DNA of 64,000 nt from Octopus sinensis (taxonomy: Eukaryota), in NCBI RefSeq assembly GCF_006345805.1, contig NC_043013.1, forward strand, positions 56,482,001 through 56,546,000, written 5' to 3'. Both the position numbers and the translations under genes were made by a program. Under the pieces are notes generated by a model that was not told where the DNA came from, ran no database searches, and saw only the letters and a list, made by a program, of their open reading frames with translations. Each line of letters opens with the position of its first letter. Within the stretch, counting starts at the first letter, position 1. Below, in pieces: positions 26,231 to 41,549 of the stretch.

Positions 26231-26591
26231 TATGTATATATATATATACATATATATACATATGTGTTTGTATGTACATGCATATGTATATATATATATA
26301 TAAAATATGTATATATATATATGTGTATGTATATATATACTTATATATTCATTTATATATGAAAATGCACACACATGTATACACACATATACATATACAC
26401 ACACACATATATATACATATATACATACATTGTACATATATATATGTATATATATATGTATATATATATGTGTGTATTTGTGTATATAAATATATATATA
26501 AGTGTGTGTATATATATATATATATATATACACACTTATATATATATTTATATACACAAATACACACACGTATATACATATATACATACAT

Positions 26592-26634
<43 letters not shown>

Positions 26635-27121
26635 TATATACCATGTAAAAAAAAAAACCCACTGTTCAATCAATGGTAATGTTTCAGTGTTGTCTAACAG
26701 TGATAAAAATCAAAGAGATCCGTTTGTGTAGGAAACCGAGAACAATAGAACCTGATTTCCGACTGCTTTTCGAAAATAACTGGTTTTTTTTTTTTTCATG
26801 ATTCATGACAAATTATTTGGCCGAGAAAATGGTGGAATCATATATTTATTATTTTTCAGTTTCGGTATTTACCAATTTCTAGGATTTCTTTTTAGAAAGA
26901 ATTTTTTTCTTCATTCATCTTTTATTTCTTTTTACTTCTAACTTTTCCTGAGTGGCATTATTGTTGAAATTATATAATGTTTTTGTGAATATGTATGACT
27001 GTATGTGTGCATGGATATATTATGTGTGTAGGTAGCTATGTATACATACATATTCTTATATATATATATATATAAATATATATATGTATATAAATATATG
27101 TGTGTATACATGTATATATAT

Positions 27122-27159
<38 letters not shown>

Positions 27160-27162
27160 ATG

Positions 27163-27193
<31 letters not shown>

Positions 27194-28374
27194 GCATGCT
27201 GATACATACTTATATTTATCTGTATTTATATATGTATACAAGAACTATACACACACACACACACACACATATGCATATATGTATGTATGTGTGTGTGTAT
27301 ATGTATGTATAAGACTTTTGTTCTGAATCTCAGAAAAAAAAAAGTCCTCAACACGACAGTTAGAATTAGCAATATATCATTTGGGTCTCATCAATCTCAT
27401 GCTACTCTGAGTTTTGACTCTTGATGAACAGGCTTGTCATAACTCGTCCAGAGGCCCTGTGCACTCACAGATGCAACTCAGTGTAGGAAGAGTCTGACTC
27501 AACCAAATTTCAAATGCATGAGTGTGCAACTGATCAGTCATTTTTCTAGTGTTTGCTTCTCAGGTGAAACATAAAACCGGATTTAGATTTCAAAACTGAA
27601 TCACATTCCTTGCAAATAACCATATAATCAGAGGAAACTGCTGACAAGCTGGCCATGAATTTTGTTTTTCCCTGTTATTTGCTTGCTTATCTGACCCCGA
27701 AGATTCAACATCTTATATTATATTGTAGCAGAATCTTCTCCATAATTTCTGTTCCATTCTATAAGAACATGCTATAGTGATAGCTATTCGAGAATTGCAA
27801 ATGACAGATGACATTTCAGTTAATCTGAATTTTCCACCTTATATTTCAGCATATGACCTAAGTAATATGGAAACACATAACATTATCAGAATTTCCCATT
27901 TTGTTGCAAAACCCACAACTGAAAATGACATACCTTTAAAAGTAAAAGACTACCAAAATACTGAAAGAAATTACTTACCACCACCAAATTACCTGCTTAA
28001 TGTATCACTTCAACTGTAAAAAGTATCACGATCATCTCATTTGCAGAATCTGCTTTTAATTTTATTGAATGCACAATGTATGATTTTAAATGAGTGTATA
28101 TATTTACCTAAAGAGCCATTTCATCTCTGCATAAAATTTTAAATTTATGTTATTAAGTATAATGGATGTAATGGAGATTATATGGGATAATCTAACTCAG
28201 GGAAAGAGAGTTACTGTTCATCATCAACAGATGCAAGATCCTGTACTCGGAAAATGCCCATTGGTGAATATTTAGATTTAAGTCCCATAAATTCATACCC
28301 AAAATCTCAATAGTTCCCATTACACTGATATTCTGATAACCTTTCATATCAAATACAGATAAATAATCCTTTCT

Positions 28375-28575
28375 ATTATAGGCACAAGGCCTGAAATTTG
28401 GGGGAGGAGATAATCAATTACATTGACCCCAGTGCGTAACTGGTACTTAATTTATCAACCCTGAAAAGATGAAAGGCAAAGTCAACCTCAGCAGAATTTG
28501 TACTCAGAACATAGTGAAGGTTGTAATACCGCTAAGCATTTTGTCCAGTGCACTAACGATTCTGGCAGCTTGCCA
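28375..28575 (-). mobile_element. SINE family B
   Basis: Same motifs as the 11780-12170 and 55135-55335 copies. Confidence 0.75.
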
Positions 28576-30698
28576 CTGATGACAATATATCTTTTAAGCA
28601 ATAGAAACCTTGACTCAAAATAGAAGACAATATCTTATGTGGCTATAACAACTGATGGAAAATCATGCCTTTACCACTGTCTTTAACAGATACTCTCCAT
28701 GATTATGTAAAGTATTAAACTATAAATAGAAACTTTCCTTTGAGATGTTTCAGTCATGTGACTGCTGCCATGCTGGGGAACTGCCTTGGAGAATCCCTTA
28801 GCCAAACGAATCACGCTCAGAACTTATTTATGCTTTCTTATGGTTTCTTTTGCTGAACTGCTAAGTAATGGGGACACAGGTTCTCAAGCAGTTGGGGGGG
28901 GGGGGGGTCAAACACAAACACGCACACGCACACACATGCACAGGTATGTCGGTGCAAACAGGTAAAATAGAACTCAAAATATGAGTATATGCATACATTT
29001 TTTAAATATTTAGCAGAAGTAACGGAATGAGTCAAGGTCCGAGAGTTTTGCGCAATGGCACTCAAGGGCTAATGCATGAAACCCTTGAACTTTGAGTCAC
29101 ACTCTTAGTTCTGCTAAATGTAGATATACATATATATATCATCATCATCATCATCATTATCATCATCATTTCTTTCACTCAGAGAAAAACCTTTCATAGT
29201 CAACAGAGGGTCCAGACCTCTGAATTTCCTCTAACCTGTTCTAACTCTAGCTATCACACTCTCCACATGTCCTTCGAGAAACTCCCAACATTCTTGACTA
29301 TATTTCATTTTACTGAACTGAAATAATAAAAAGGTAAAATACTTAGAATGGATCCATCATTGAAAATATTGGTGACTCTTCAGAACCAAGATACAAATCC
29401 TGTCGATTGGTGTGGATGGATCTAAATTATTTGTTTGGTTTTGATAAATTTTATAAGTAACAATTGGTTAGTGTTTAATATTATTAATCATTGAATCTAC
29501 TGAGTTTGTGATTATTACTTAATCAATGAGGTTTATGATCGGGGAAGCGTTTGTTTTTTAAGCTCCTGCATTGGATACTTATGAATAAAACTGTGGATTA
29601 AACTAAAAAGTATTTTATTTTGCTTTCTTTTTTGGTGTTAGATGTTTTATGTGCTTATTTATTTTGTCTTGATATCATTCTTTAAGGGGCTGTTGTTTAG
29701 CCCCAGGACAAGCCTGACCAATTAAACCTATGGTCAGTAACCTGTAATCTTCAAGTATTCCATCTGATTCCATTTTTCAGTTTGGGGTGTATGGAATCTT
29801 TCCATCCAATATATCTGCCCCATTCTAGTGGATCAAATGAGGGTAGTTTTGCTATTGTTTCTTGATGGCTGAGAAGCCACACAGAAATTACATCATTGGT
29901 TTAACAAGTGTAACTAAATGATCAATAAATATCGAGATATTTTGTATTTCTTTAATTAATATGTATTTCTTTAATTATTATTGATCTGTTGTGAATATTT
30001 GATGTTTTCTACCAGAACATAATTCTTGAAACGATGGATGCTGGTTAACATTAGTCATAAACTTTTCGAATAGCAGTAAGGACCTTCAGCACGGACCTCG
30101 GCTGTCAACTCTCCACCATATTTACCAGGAACCAGAAGCTTTCTGGCTCCCCTCTCTCTCTCCCTCTTTATCTCTGTCTCTATCTACTTTTCTCTTCTGT
30201 TCTTCCTCTCTTTCACTACCTCTGTATTAGCTTCTGTACACTTATGTACTTGTCTTTATCTCTCACCACCCCCTCTCATTCTCCCTATCTCTTTGTATCT
30301 GTCGAATCAACTCCCTCCCCCTTCCTTTCTCTCACCCTCACTCGCTCTCTCTTTATCTCCCCCTCTCTCTGCTCGTCAGGCATTGTTTGATATATTCTCT
30401 ATATTCTTGCAACAATATCTCTACGTTTATAAAACCATTATTTTTCTCTTTCAAACTCTGAGAACTTTCAGTAGACTTTCTTTTTGTTTGTTTGTTTGTT
30501 TACGATTGCTGATGAGCCAATACTTGTGTGAATGTATGTGCATGTGTTTGTATGTATGTGTGTACGTGTGTGTGTATGAGTGGATATATGTGTGTGTATG
30601 TATGTGTGTATGCATGCATGTCTGTGTATATGCATGCCTGAATATGTATGTGTCTGTATATGTGTGTGTATGTGCGTATATGTGTGTGTATGTGTGTG

Positions 30699-30731
<33 letters not shown>

Positions 30732-31002
30732 ACTAGAAACTGGAACCTGCAGCTCAGGGTGATATACACCCACCTGTTTACATGCCATAACGAATCAGCA
30801 ATAATGGCACAGGTGAAATCCAGAATACATTTCTTTTATCTCCTCTGATGTCCATGTTGTCAATTTAAAGATCAATCAGTTTGTTTCTTGTCTGAAGATG
30901 TTACTCAGGCAAACATAGATTCACATGCAAAGCACACACATCTAGCAAATCATCAGAATAATTCAACTTGTATATTATACGAAAGGTTTTACTGATATTG
31001 AA

Positions 31003-31054
<52 letters not shown>

Positions 31055-32466
31055 AGAGACAAGGAGACAGAGGGAAGAGACAAGGAGACAGAGAGAAAGA
31101 GTAGGGGGGGAGAGAGAGTTCCAACAAAGTTTAGTCACCATGAAATAAAATGCAATAATAATGGTAACAATCACAGCTGTGTGGATAAGAAGTGCATTTC
31201 ATTGCAGCTGTATACAGATAGATGTCAGGTTCAGTCCCACTGCACATTATTCTGGATGTGTCTTCTGCAAGAGTCTTACATATAACCCAAAGCGTTTTCC
31301 AGAAAAGTTTGGTAGACACAAACTGTGGAATTTATTAAAGAGACTGTTTCTATGATTAAATGGTAAAACTACTCCGTTGTGATAGAATTAAGCGATAGAA
31401 TTATTCCAATTCCCTTTAAGGCCTTAAACTTTTGTTGTTATCATCAGCATTTTGGCATCTGTTTTCCATACTGGCATGGTATGGGCTAGCCAATTTGACT
31501 GGGAATGGTAAGCTGGAGAGCTGTAACAGGCTCTATGGCTTACCAGCCCCTATTTCAGTTAGAATATGCTGCCATCATTTAAATTAATTTTGAAAATAAC
31601 AAAGAATTTATGTCATAATATCCATCATAATACCAAGAACAGATTCAAGTGGTTTTGAATGCAAAGGATCAAGAAAAGTCTCAGTGTCACAGGAATCTCT
31701 TGGATGAAGATAAATCCCTCTATTCTGCCTGCAAGTCTTGAAGACCATGAAGACAGCCATGTGTGGTGTTCTGCATCCTTTGACAAAGGTTCCATAAAGA
31801 AATGGTAGAGCTTGGTATAGCAGTAAGAAATACATGAAGATCTGCCATTTGCAGCAGCAACACTAGTTGCAGTTCTGTTGCAAATACAGGATTGTAGTTC
31901 GAGGAAGTGGATCTTTCGATTCCTTATTGATTTTATTGATTCCAAGATACTGCAGATGTCTGGCAAAAGAGAGAGAAAGTAAAAGAAAATGAATAGGAAC
32001 AGCATACTTCATTAGAGCTGGAAAACAGATCAGAGATAATCCTAATGATTGATATACATGCAGCCATACATTCACGCATACACACGTACGGACGGACATA
32101 CATATGTATGTATGTTTGTATATTGTCAGTGTATCATATATCTGTAACAGAAACACACTCTAAAGCATAGAGCAGTAATGTTTCTACTTAACTGTATATA
32201 TATATATATATACATACATGTAAACATACATACATAAACACACCTATGTGTGTGTCACTCTCTATATAAATGCATGTATCTATGTGTATATATATATATA
32301 TATATATGCATATATATATGCACATATATACGTATATGTACATGCTTACATCTATATGTGTATATATATGCATATGTGGGCACAGGATGTATATATAAAT
32401 ATATATACACACACATACACACATATATATATACACATATAGAGAGAAAGAGAGAGAGACAAACAA

Positions 32467-32506
<40 letters not shown>

Positions 32507-32769
32507 TTGCTGATGCATTTGACAATTGATTTCTGAACTTGCTTTGCTTTCATTTCTATTTATTGTTGTGTTTCTTGTGTAACGTGAATCACATCCTCAT
32601 TATTATTATTATTATTATTTTTAGGGGAACTTTTAGTGAAATATGTGTTTGTATGTGTATATATATATACAGGGCACATAAGATATTTGAGGACAGATTT
32701 ATGTTTATAAAAAAAAAAACAGACTTATAATTACAGATCATAACTTTATCAAAAAATTCTATGGGGATA

Positions 32770-33310
32770 ACAATAAACGTTCTTTTCTATAATGCTATTC
32801 CATAAAGCCTCCTTCAGCTTCAACAACTGCTTCTATATGAGACCTAAATCATCGACATGCTCGAGTCAAGTGGTCCTGGTTCCTTTTGGACATCACTCTG
32901 ACTATGGCAGCTTTCATAGAATCTTTGGTGTTATGGACGTGTTCATTGACCTCTCTCTCTCAACACCGCTCCACATGTAATAGTCCAATGGGTTGAGATC
33001 TGGGGAATTAGGAGGCCAAATGTTAGGGGTTATGTGATCAGGAAAATTTTCAGCCAACCATTCCTGTGTTAGCAGAGCCATGTTTGATAGTGCAGAGTCT
33101 TACTGAAACACATATGGCCTTCCGTCACATACACTGTCTATCCAGGGCTTAACAATTATTTCCGGGACCTCAATGTAGGTGGCAGAATTAACTGTAATGC
33201 CTTGTGGAAAGAAGTAAGGGGGCATCACATGTCTTTCATTGCAGACAATCTCTAAAACGATGACAGTTGCAAGAAATTTTGTATGCATAACACTTGGAAC
33301 CATTTTTTGA
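32770..33310 (-). mobile_element. Decayed Tc1/mariner transposase, DD37D (maT) type
   Basis: Translation HVMPPYFFPQG..YVFQ*DSALSNMALLTQEWLAENFPDHITPNIWPPNSPDLNPLDYY. There are 37 residues between the second and third catalytic Asp; it contains a stop and a frameshift. Confidence 0.85.
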
Positions 33311-36271
33311 TGAATCCAGTAATGGAAGAAAGTGCTGAAAATGTAAATAAGTTGTAAATAAATTAAAAAATTATGTAATCATCCAACATTCTGACTACCT
33401 TTATTATTCTAAATATATATGCAATATATATGTTTTATATATATAGAGAGATATAGATATATATATACATATATATATGGGTGTATATATTTGTGTATAT
33501 ATATGTATGTGTGTATACATTTCTCTTTCTCTCTCTCTCTATATATATATATACACATATATATTTATATATATATATATATCATCATCATTTAACATCT
33601 GTTTTCCATGCTAGCATGGGTTGGATGGTTAGACCGGGGTCTGGGAAGCCAGGAGGCTGCACCAGGCTCCAGTCTAATCTAGCAGTGTGTGTGCATGTGT
33701 GTGTATGCACACGTGTGTGTATGTGTGTGCATGTGTGCATATGTGTGCATGTGTGTGTGTGTTTGTGTGTGTATGTGCATGAGCATGTGTTTGTGTGTGC
33801 ATGCATGTGTGTGTGTGTGCATGTGTGCATCATGTGTGTGTGTGTGTGTGCGTGTGTGTGTGCATCATGTGTGGTGTGTGTGTGTGTATGTGTATTAACA
33901 GCTGACTTAGAATTGCCTAACTTTGACATCTACTGGACTAAGAAAACCTGTTTGATCATTCAAATGTTTGATTGTGAATGACAAAGCTCTCACTTCTTCT
34001 CAACAAGGCCATGATAGATTGAGGAGTGAGGTGCATTCTCATTGAATAGCTCAGATCATGTGTGGAGTCAATGACTGTTGAAAGTTACTGAATATTATTG
34101 GTGGGGCAGGGTATTGCTACAAATATGAAGAGGCTGTTGAGAGGGCAATTGACAATAGCAAATTTCCTTGTTCTGGTTAGAAATTCCAGTGTAAAATGTT
34201 TCAGTAAAGTATATTGGAGATTGTAGAAGTAAAGTTGAGGAAAGTATCAGTAAAACTTTATGGAATGTATTAATAGCAAAGGAATTGCAATTAATTTCAT
34301 TCTGAACAGTAGGAAGATGATTAAGTTCTCATGTGAATGAAAGCCGTTGGCTAAAACATAGGGATACTGTTATCAACCAGTAGAGAGCTGTACACACTAC
34401 AGTTTGGTAGCAAAAAGACATGCTTCAACTTTCTTGTAAAGAGGTATGACTGGTTGTTGCAATGTGTACAGTTTTCTACAGTTCCTCTTTCCTGTTACAT
34501 GTGGACAAAAATAACATCCAGCTGCTACCAGCAGGAATAAAGGCAGTTCATTGGATTTTAACACCTTCCATAAATTGTTGATGACACACGAATTCTACTG
34601 AATCTCAGATATTTCACAGAAGTGGAATGCTTCTGTTCACCATGCTGATGTTCATTCTCAGATAGAAGCAGTCCATTACAGGTCAGTAGGTGTCACACAC
34701 AAAGGTCAGGAGTAGCCCTTAACCGTTAGTATTCAGTGGTCGTCAACTGCCGCTAATTATACAAAGTAATTTTACAACAGCCAACGAGAATGAGCTTATC
34801 CATTATCCAATGACAACCAGCCTTTATCTAGAAGCTTTGAGACCCTTGTCACTGAGAATCCAGCATGCAAATGGTAGGAGGGATTTTTCTCACTCGTGAA
34901 ACTTTAAATAATGCTTTTTCAAGTCAGCTGATTATACAAATAATTATGAACTCAATGGTTTGTGATAAGTGCTTCTTTCTTTCGTATGTACACCTATAAA
35001 CACTTATAAACTGACACACACACAGAGAAACATACACATGCAAAGATAAATATGTGTATCTGACAATCCCCTTACATTTTTCATCTACTAAATTTCCTTC
35101 AATAAGAATTGGTAAATGGCAGACAATATTTTCTTTAGATGCTGTACAGGGAGTTCATATTTGGTGTCATAATATTGTAAACAAATGCCTCACTCACACA
35201 GCCACACCTTTAACCAACAATGGAATCATTTTGAGTTGAAAACTTGAATTGCTGAGCAAGTATTCTTGCTCTTGTCTGCTAGAATGAAATTTGATAGGTA
35301 TTCTTTAATAAAATGGTCTAAAGAATTTTATTTATAGCTTTCTCTTTTATTGTTTCTTATTGATATTTCTGACTTACCCCATTTACATTCATGCCATATT
35401 TCTCTCACACTTCATCTTAAACTTCCTTGTCTTTTATAATCCAACCACATTTTCTAAGTTCTTTGATCCAAAATACCATATTCTCTAGTCTACTGCACCA
35501 TCAATTTCGCTTTGCACATCCTATATTTCCAAAACTCTTATGTTTTATCTATTCTCATCTTCAGGTTGGATTATTTTGTTCTATTTGATTTCCTTTTCTA
35601 ACTTTACCTCAACATACTTTTCTAGTTTGCCTTTCCAGATTTCTCTTATCTTTTTTCTTAATTTTTCTTTTTTGAAAGCCATGGCCACAACTACTTCTTT
35701 CTCCAATCCACCTCTGATTGTTTTAGGTATTATTTCATATCATTTCTTACTGTCAGCTTTCTTTCTTCCCTTCCTAACCTTCACACTTTCTTCTCTGTTC
35801 CTCATTTGTTATCTTCTACTTTACTTCTTCAATGCTTGCGTATTTCCTTTCCTACTGCTTCTGTACTGTTTTTTTTATTCTCCAATGATAAAAGTGAAAT
35901 AGTCAAGCAAGTCACATAGAAATAAAGCTAACAGCAGCATACGGTTCAGAAATTCAAATCCATTGCAGCCTTTCTTCATTGTCCCATTAAACCAGACAGT
36001 TTATTCGACACACATCAGCTCACCTTGCTCTCAAGAATAGATACCAAAATTCCAAAGAAACTTACCTGAGATAGAATAATATCATGTCACACACAAATCT
36101 CTATCTCACCTGCTTCTAGTTCTCTGGGTTTACAAATAACATTTCCTTTGTCTTTAACTTGCCTTTCTCTCTCATACTTTTTATTAGGAAGCTTCTGGTA
36201 TTCGGATAAGGTTTTATGCTACAGGGAGAAGAGGAATCAGACCTTGTATGCTGGATTCTTTGTTTGAGATG

Positions 36272-36310
<39 letters not shown>

Positions 36311-36358
36311 TGTGTGTATATATATTTATATATATATATATGTATAAATATGTGTATG

Positions 36359-36404
<46 letters not shown>

Positions 36405-36464
36405 GATACATTTATACACATACACACACACATACATACACACACACTCACATATACATCCTCA

Positions 36465-37060
36465 TTATCACCTACTAGCATGGGTTGGATGGTTTGACTG
36501 AGGACTGGCAAGCCAGAAAGCTGCATCAAGCTCCACTCTGATTTGGCAAGATTTCTACGGCTGGGTGCCCTTTCTAATGCCAACCACTCGAAGAGTGTAG
36601 TGGATGCTTTTCACATGGTACTGGTATGGGAGTCAATCAGGCAGCACTGGCATCAACCATGCTAGAAAGGTGTTTGTCAGCAATATCAAAGGAAGGTTAA
36701 CTGGAAAGATAGTTTTTGTGTGTGGCAGGGGCAAAAAACACCAAAGGTGTACAGAAAACAGATTCCATGACATTCCAGGGGGAAGAAGCTAGAAGTAGTT
36801 GATAGCTTCCATAACCTAAGTGACCAAGTCTGTAGTGGGGGTGGGTGCTCTGAGAGCATAGCTTCTAGAATAGGAACAGCCTGGGAAAAGTTCAGAGAGC
36901 TCCTACTTCTGCTGAAAGGTGGACTGCATGATGCCTATGTGCAAACAGCTCAGCTACATGTCAGTGAAACATGGGCTGTGACTGCTGAAGACAGGCATAG
37001 GCTTGGAAGAAACATCACACAGATACTAAACAGAAACCAGTGTATCAACAGACTGCCATT
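36465..37060. mobile_element. Family C repeat (-) followed by a decayed RTE RT C-terminal fragment (+)
   Basis: 36675-37060 aligns with 60260-60620 (aatatcaaaggaagg.taactggaaagatagttttt, ctagaagtagttgatagcttcc, gcctggg.aaagttcagagagctc). Confidence 0.75.
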
Positions 37061-37360
37061 GCATTGATTAAAGAGTGCTAATTGAGAAAACATTCTTAAT
37101 GATAAAACATCATTTCCTGAAACATGTTTGATATCACATGGTGTCACATGATGACGGAGTGTCCTGGACCCAAAGAGATGAACTCAATATCTCGTGTGAC
37201 CACCATTAGTGCTCAATTAAGATACAAGTGATTAATAGTTTCTTCCTGTGGCAACACATGTCTGGGCAGTGTCACCACAGCTGCCCTGTGTCTCCAAACA
37301 CAATGCAAGCTCTGAGCATGTAGCTCTTATCTTTATATGGTGTACATGAAATTATATATA

Positions 37361-37398
<38 letters not shown>

Positions 37399-39009
37399 TG
37401 CATGTTGAATATGGTTTAATCCTCAGTCTCATGTAGGAGCTACTCAAGTAAAACATTCTTGTTGACCAGATTGGAAAATACATATTCTTCCCAAAATGAA
37501 ATAAATTCTTGTATCTCCACAGCCTTCATGAGAATCAACTTCTGTACTTTGAGACAATGTTGTATACTTCATCATTTGAAGAAACTTGGTAATAAAGCAG
37601 TGTTGGAATAAATGTCTCATATTAGCAAACTAAGAAAGACATGCTTTGAGTGTGATGGTGATTGGAGCTAGAGCTTGCTTCCCCGTAGTTGAAAACCATC
37701 ACACTGTACAAACACACAAACATACACTGTGTCTTTGTGACCTGCAGTTGATGTATACACGCTTACACCACATTCTTCTCATGCTTACACGGGCATGCAC
37801 ACACACACTCATGCACACACTTTGTGTGTGTGTGTGCAGGGGAGAGAGTGTATGTGTATCTATGCATATATACACATGTACGTGGTTGGGTTTTAAAAAG
37901 TGTTATAATATATCATGACATTTATCGAATACATTTTAATCAGATCTTCTCAAGTAAATAACTGCCACATTCTATAGAGATTTCCATAACTGATGCTGCT
38001 GTATGACGAATTAAAACCCGTTTTTATTGAAAATATTTTCAGCTTTATTCTTTCATATTCTCCTAGTTTGCTTCCATTTTACATTTCTATTTCAACAGAA
38101 AGAGAAAAGAACATTGAATATATCTTCAATGTATATATTTAATATAGATGGTAAAAATTAAATGTAAAATATTCTAAAGTATGAAATTTAATTACAAAAA
38201 GATATTTTGACTATAAAAAACTCATTGCTTTTTATTGCTAATATAACATATACATACATAAATGAGTGTATTTACTTGTGTTTGTGTCTTTACATGTGTG
38301 CAGGTGTGTGTGTGGATACCTACCGGCACACACACACGTATTTACACTAATGTATGAATATGTAACACATATGTTTCTAAACCGGAATCTGTATATTACG
38401 TATATTGTATACAATATATATTATATGATAAATATACATACATATATACATTATACATACATACATATATACATAGATATATACATGCTCCAGCATGGCC
38501 ACAGTCTAATGACTGAAACAAGTTAAAGAATAAAAGGAATACATAAGTATGTGTGTGTATATATATATTATATATATATATATATATATAGGATGATGTA
38601 CATGATGCATACATATGTAATATATATAAAAATATACATGTATATGTATGTATATGTTATAATTTAGAACAAACAGTAAAAGGTTGTCATTATAGTACTC
38701 GGAGTTTCGAATGTTGGAACAAAGAGCTACGATGCATTCTTGTTGACTATTAGTCACAACAGACACTGTGAAAAGACGTTGAATAAAAGGCAAGTTACTC
38801 TGATAGGTAGAAAAAAGAGGAAAGGGAAAAAAGATAGAAAATACATGCAACCATATTCTCACAATACAGAGACATAAAACCTCCTGCATTCACAACATCT
38901 ATATACGTACACACACACACACAAGCATGTATATGTACATGCACATAAAAACACAAACATATGTGTATGTATGTATGTACTCATACACATATATACTCTT
39001 AATGGGCTG

Positions 39010-39069
<60 letters not shown>

Positions 39070-39123
39070 TGTGCGTGTGTATGAGTGTGTATATATATAT
39101 ATATATATATGATGGTGATGATG

Positions 39124-39160
<37 letters not shown>

Positions 39161-40419
39161 ACTATGTCTCAACTTACCTTGAATCTGAAAGAGCCACCTG
39201 GCCTTCCAGTTTCTCTTGATCATTCTCTTTGTCCTTCTCTCCTCTGAATGTCACTCACCTTATGTCTCTTCTACAAGAACCTACTTGCCCTTCTCTCTCT
39301 TCTTTCATATTTTAACCCCTCATCTCCTCACAAAAATCCCATCCCTTCCCTAGGAGTTTTGTAGTCTTGTGAGCTACATGGTGACCTCACCAGTGTTGGG
39401 GGTACGTAGAATACTGTCAAGGGGGTCAACATTTGGAAGTGCACCTTGTTGTAGAAGCAAGAATATGATGTGGCACTTAGGCTCATCAAATCCTGTCCAA
39501 CCGACCCCCTCTAGGACAAAACACATGTTAAAGCATAATGATGCGCTGAAGATGATGATGATTGTGGTGATCCTGACAATGATGATGATGACTATGGTGA
39601 TGGTGATGATGTTGATACATACAGACACATATATATGCCTGTATGTATGTGTGTGTGTGTGTGTGTATGCATATGTTTTGTCAGCAAATATGTAAAATTC
39701 CTTGTAATTACACTCCTAATCACTTTGCAGTGTGTGAAATTCTGTTAATTAAATCTCTGCAGATAATGGGACAATAGTTATTTCTTACACAAATGATGGA
39801 AGGAAAAGAACATGGCTACTCTCTTCATTGTTGAATTATCTGTCAACTTTTTGATTTGTTTACTCTTTTTTTATACTTTTATTTTTTTTTACTATGAGAA
39901 ATTAATTAATATAATTTATAGGGAACGAAATACACATTTGTATGTGCGTGTGTGTGTGTATGGATACTTGACAACCTCCCCATTTCATAGAAGGAAAGAT
40001 TAACTCTTATAGCATGAAGGCTGTAACTGTTATATAATATATTATAGAGTAAGTTATGTCGAGTCCTTTGCACAGTGTGAGGCCAAAACTGTACAATCTC
40101 TGAGAATTAACTCTCAATCCAAATATATGTGTGCATGTATTATGTACACAGGCACACATTATATATATATGTGTGTGTGTGTATACAGACACATATATAT
40201 TGTATATAAAGTGATTGGTGTTAGGAAGGGCATCCAGCTGTCGAAAACCATGCCGGCCCAGTGACACCGCCCAACCCATGCCAGCATGGACAACAGATGT
40301 TGGATGATGATAAAATTGCATATACATATGCAATGTATAGTATGCGTATAATTTTGTATATACATAAACAAACACAGCAATGCTTTGATTGAAAAACTTC
40401 AGACAACCACAAACAACTG

Positions 40420-41280
40420 AAAGGAGAAATGAGAGATGGCCTTTTGTGCAGGTTGCCTTCTGAGGTTGCTCACTAAATTTCCAGCAACTCTGATAGTTTT
40501 AGGAATGGTGATCAATGAAGGTTGTCTCATGCCACTCACATCTTTACATGAGGAATTACAATTGATGTTGCTGGATCTGTTGTGATGATGGAGATTGTTC
40601 TCAAGCTCTGGATGGATGAAATATGCTGAGCGAAGTCGTATGTGTTTCAACAATACTCAGCACCTTCTTCTCACAAATCCTGTGTAACCCAAGAACGGAT
40701 GTCAGACAACCATTACAATCATATGACACCAAGTATGTGGCCACCAATCTTGCCAGACTTGTTGAGGTCTCTCAACAGATTTGCCTTGAAATTATAACCA
40801 GAACTGATTTGGTCACAACACTTTGTATCCAAGATGCCTGAAATAAACAACAATAAGATCGAAGATGAAAAATTGTTAATGAGTGTCTAGAAAGTGTGAG
40901 AGAGATTTGCAAATTTAATAAAACAGCTTTAATTGAGCCAAAACGAAATATCTTTTAATAAAAATTGGTGCACAGTTCTCAAAAAGCTTACTTAGAAGAT
41001 TTTTCTATGAATTCACCATAATCTACACTTTGTAGCATATTATGGTTGCATTACAAAATACGGTGTCCTTACAGGACATTTATATGCCAGACTTGAAAGA
41101 GAAGGAGACCAATCAACATCTTCATAATGCCATATCTTTTCTGAAGACCACCATTCTTCAGGTGATGTCCGAAATGAATGAAGATAATTTAGTGAAGGCA
41201 TACACATCAATAATTCCCATCTTACATTGAATCAAGCATTTGAAGCTGATGGTCAATTCATCAAAACATCTTGTAAGAAA
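40420..41280 (+). mobile_element. Highly decayed maT-like Tc1/mariner transposase remnants
   Basis: Fragments FPATLIVLGMVINEGCLMP, WMDEI..SYVFQQYSAP..MWPPILPD and EKETNQHLHNA..EADGQF parallel the 32770-33310 element. Confidence 0.6.
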
Positions 41281-41518
41281 GCTTACTGAAAAATTGTGCA
41301 TCAATTTTTATTAAAATAGATTTTGCTTTTTCTTGATTAAAGTTGCTTTATTAAGTTACCAAATATCTCCCCTAATGCCTCTCATACCTTCTGTATAAGT
41401 CTTCCAGTTTCCAACATTTGTTGCTTATATACATCAGGTAAATGTTGAAAACTTCTATACAGGAATGTTTTCTCTACCATGCCACCCACCCCAACTACAT
41501 ATATATATATATATATAT

Positions 41519-41549
<31 letters not shown>

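Noticed and set aside
31655-31830. Plus-strand 55-codon frame with WD40-like words (VTGISW, SASFDK..IKKW)
   Set aside because: No usable acceptor, an in-frame stop just upstream, and spacing that does not fit a WD repeat.
9391-34690. Scattered micro-exon candidates with good splice motifs (for example at 9391, 11645, 19980, 27563, 34661)
   Set aside because: They do not chain into a recognisable protein, and such motifs are expected by chance at this scale.
37075-37140. GAAACATGTT palindrome with an upstream TTGAGAA (possible U3-A8 hammerhead)
   Set aside because: Neither helix I nor helix II pairs.
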